Assembly: GCA_963823665.1 (NCBI GenBank)
Contig: CAWGMQ010000010.1
Span: 96,001 to 160,000, forward strand
Direction of reading: 5' to 3'
Source of the DNA: an uncultured Planctomycetota bacterium
Lineage (GTDB): Bacteria; Planctomycetota; Planctomycetia; Isosphaerales; Isosphaeraceae
Length of the DNA: 64,000 bases
Shown here one piece after another: positions 62,225 to 64,000 of this stretch. The translations under genes and the position numbers were made by a program. The notes beneath the pieces were generated by a model. It was not told where the DNA came from. It saw only the letters and a list, made by a program, of their open reading frames with translations, and did not search any database. Within the stretch, counting starts at the first letter, position 1. The number at the start of each line of letters is the position of its first letter.

Positions 62225-64000
62225 TCAGCGCATCCCACCTCCCATGCCGCCACCACGCATTCCACCTCCCATGCCGCCGCCCATCATTCCGCCCATACCC
62301 ATACCCGCGCTGCTCTCGCGCCTCTTGCCCGATTCCTTGACTTCATGTTTGTAGTTCGTATCGATATCACGGCGAACCTCGTTCACGACGTCGTCCGCCT
62401 CGGTATGCACCGCCACCGACCCATCAGGCCGCAACAGCAGCGCGATGGCAGGCTTTTCAATCGGCGGCCCGATGAACCCGGCCGGCAAGTGCTGATAACC
62501 CCCCGTTCTCTTGTTCGCAATGAGATCGAGCACGAGCTGCCGGCTATTGAAATCGATCAAGCTGCTCTTGGGCTTCGTTCCGTCCGACGAGGGAATCATC
62601 GCCGAGCCCGGCTCGCCGATCTCCTCGCCTGGACCCGCCGTCACATTCTTGGTAACGGTCACTCCGTCCGTCGGGCGGAAGCGGATGATCTGGAACTTCA
62701 ACTTCATGTCCGAGCTGCGAGCGGGCGCTTCGGTGCTCACGGCGTACGGCATCACATCCGGCGGCATGTGCACTTCGTCTGTCGCATCACACCACGGCCC
62801 GCGCATCGTTTTCGACTTCGTGTCCACCCCGTGGTTCACGTCCTCCCGACTCAGATTCGGGTTGTGAACGACGATGCGTGCGCGATACCGGTAACTGTTG
62901 TCGGCCTTGACCGTGAAGTCAAACGCACGGATCATCACCCTCTTCTCGGTCGTCGTCCAGTAATTCGAAGGCGTCTCGCTCTGACCTCCGCCAAATCCGC
63001 CGATCATCCCGCCGCCAGCACGCCCCCCGCGCCCGCCGCTTGCCATCTGCTGCATCATGGCACCCATCTGATCGCCGTAACCACCGCCGCCTCCGGCTCC
63101 CCCCCGATCCACCGAGCGGGTCATTCCTCCACCCATCATCGCCCCCCCCCCCGTAGCCTCCCGCGCCGGCAGCTTCCGTCTTGATCTGTTTCTTTTCCTT
63201 CGGCACCAAGCTACCGACGTGCACTTTCTCCCAGAGCCCCTGCTTCAAGAACGGCAGCGGGTCGACCAAGGCCTTCGGCCTCACCGTCTCCGGCGTCAAC
63301 TCCTCTTCCTCCTCTTCCGGCAGGTTGTCCAGGATCTTGAGGTTCTCCTTCGATGAAACCGCTTCCCAGCCCGACCAGCTTCCGTCCGGCTGCTTCGTTT
63401 GTCGCTCCAGGTCAACCCGGGCATAGTTCGGATGAGCAACCGCCGGGTTCTTGAGCGCCGTCCGATAGTTCGCCACGAGCTGCGCGTGATCGAACACGCC
63501 CGTGATCGCAACCCAGCGATGGCCCTCGACCTTTTCTTTGAAATTCTCCAACTTCTCGGCAGCCTCTTCCTTCGCCGCTTCCTCCTCCGCGCCTTTACCG
63601 TCGTCGACGATTGCTCCTTGGCGTCTTCGGTTTGCAATATCCTCTTCTCTCTTCCGCTCAGCCGCGATCTCCTGCGGGCTCCTGGCCTTCTTCTTGCGGA
63701 CACCGCCCCCCATCATGCCGCCCCCCATCATTCCGCCCGCAGCTTTGCGCCGGCGTCTTCGCGTCGGCAGGTCTTTGGGCACGTCCTTGCCGTCGTCCGG
63801 CAAGCGGTTCCCCTCGGCATCCAGCACAAACACGAGGAAGCCTCCCCGTCCCGGGTAAGCGTACAGCTCACTCGGCGCGATCAGCACCGGCGTGTCGCGA
63901 ATCAACCCCGCGCCCGGCTCGGGCGAAACATATTCCCGCGCAGGCTTGAAGTCGCTCGCCACCAGCGCCGTCTTCACCTGCGCATCCACGTCCTTGGCGA
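62225..64000 (-). CDS. Gly/Met-rich hypothetical protein upstream of the secretin (possible pilus/T2SS-associated); 5' end outside the window, frameshift at a poly-C run near 63145
   Basis: Two ORFs (62919-63989 and 62225-63139) join at a homopolymer; MIRAFDFTV..YRYRARIVVHNPN; GGMMGG tracts. Confidence 0.7.

Overview
GC-rich bacterial DNA, most likely Planctomycetota (Isosphaeraceae-like), judged from LExRxL[LA] N-terminal motifs on giant surface proteins, a kinase-nSTAND1-FGE fusion, an FHA pair, a giant secretin and planctomycete-type palindromic repeats. Many long genes, including housekeeping ones, are broken by apparent single-base frameshifts, so the assembly is probably unpolished long-read data. 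Left to right: (1) TIGR03032, three tail-collar paralogs, DUF6916 and a GNAT. (2) The best candidate for an undescribed system, 3956-9944: an S8 protease, a 149-aa protein with an HTH-like N-terminus and four tandem 16-aa cores (GGLGPPTTxSxxxHxK), a translationally coupled GT2/GT-B/DUF616 glycosyltransferase, and a GT2-methyltransferase fusion. This looks like a multicore glycopeptide (RiPP-like) pathway. (3) A kinase-STAND-FGE gene, a HEAT protein and three large secreted proteins (NHL/Ig/MBG or Gly-rich S53). (4) A decayed class I DISARM-type defence island, 29.7-38.3 kb, in which drmD and drmA both break at an identical 26-bp sequence. It carries HipA-like kinase/DUF3037, AlbA_2, HEPN and HNH remnants. 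(5) A repeat-laden 800-aa hypothetical, then aas, uxaA, a GT-C-like membrane protein, an epimerase, the FHA pair, an ABC transporter, a YdjY-domain protein, the secretin and an upstream Gly/Met-rich gene. No rRNA, tRNA, CRISPR array or intact transposase was recognised. All family calls come from motif recognition, not database searches.
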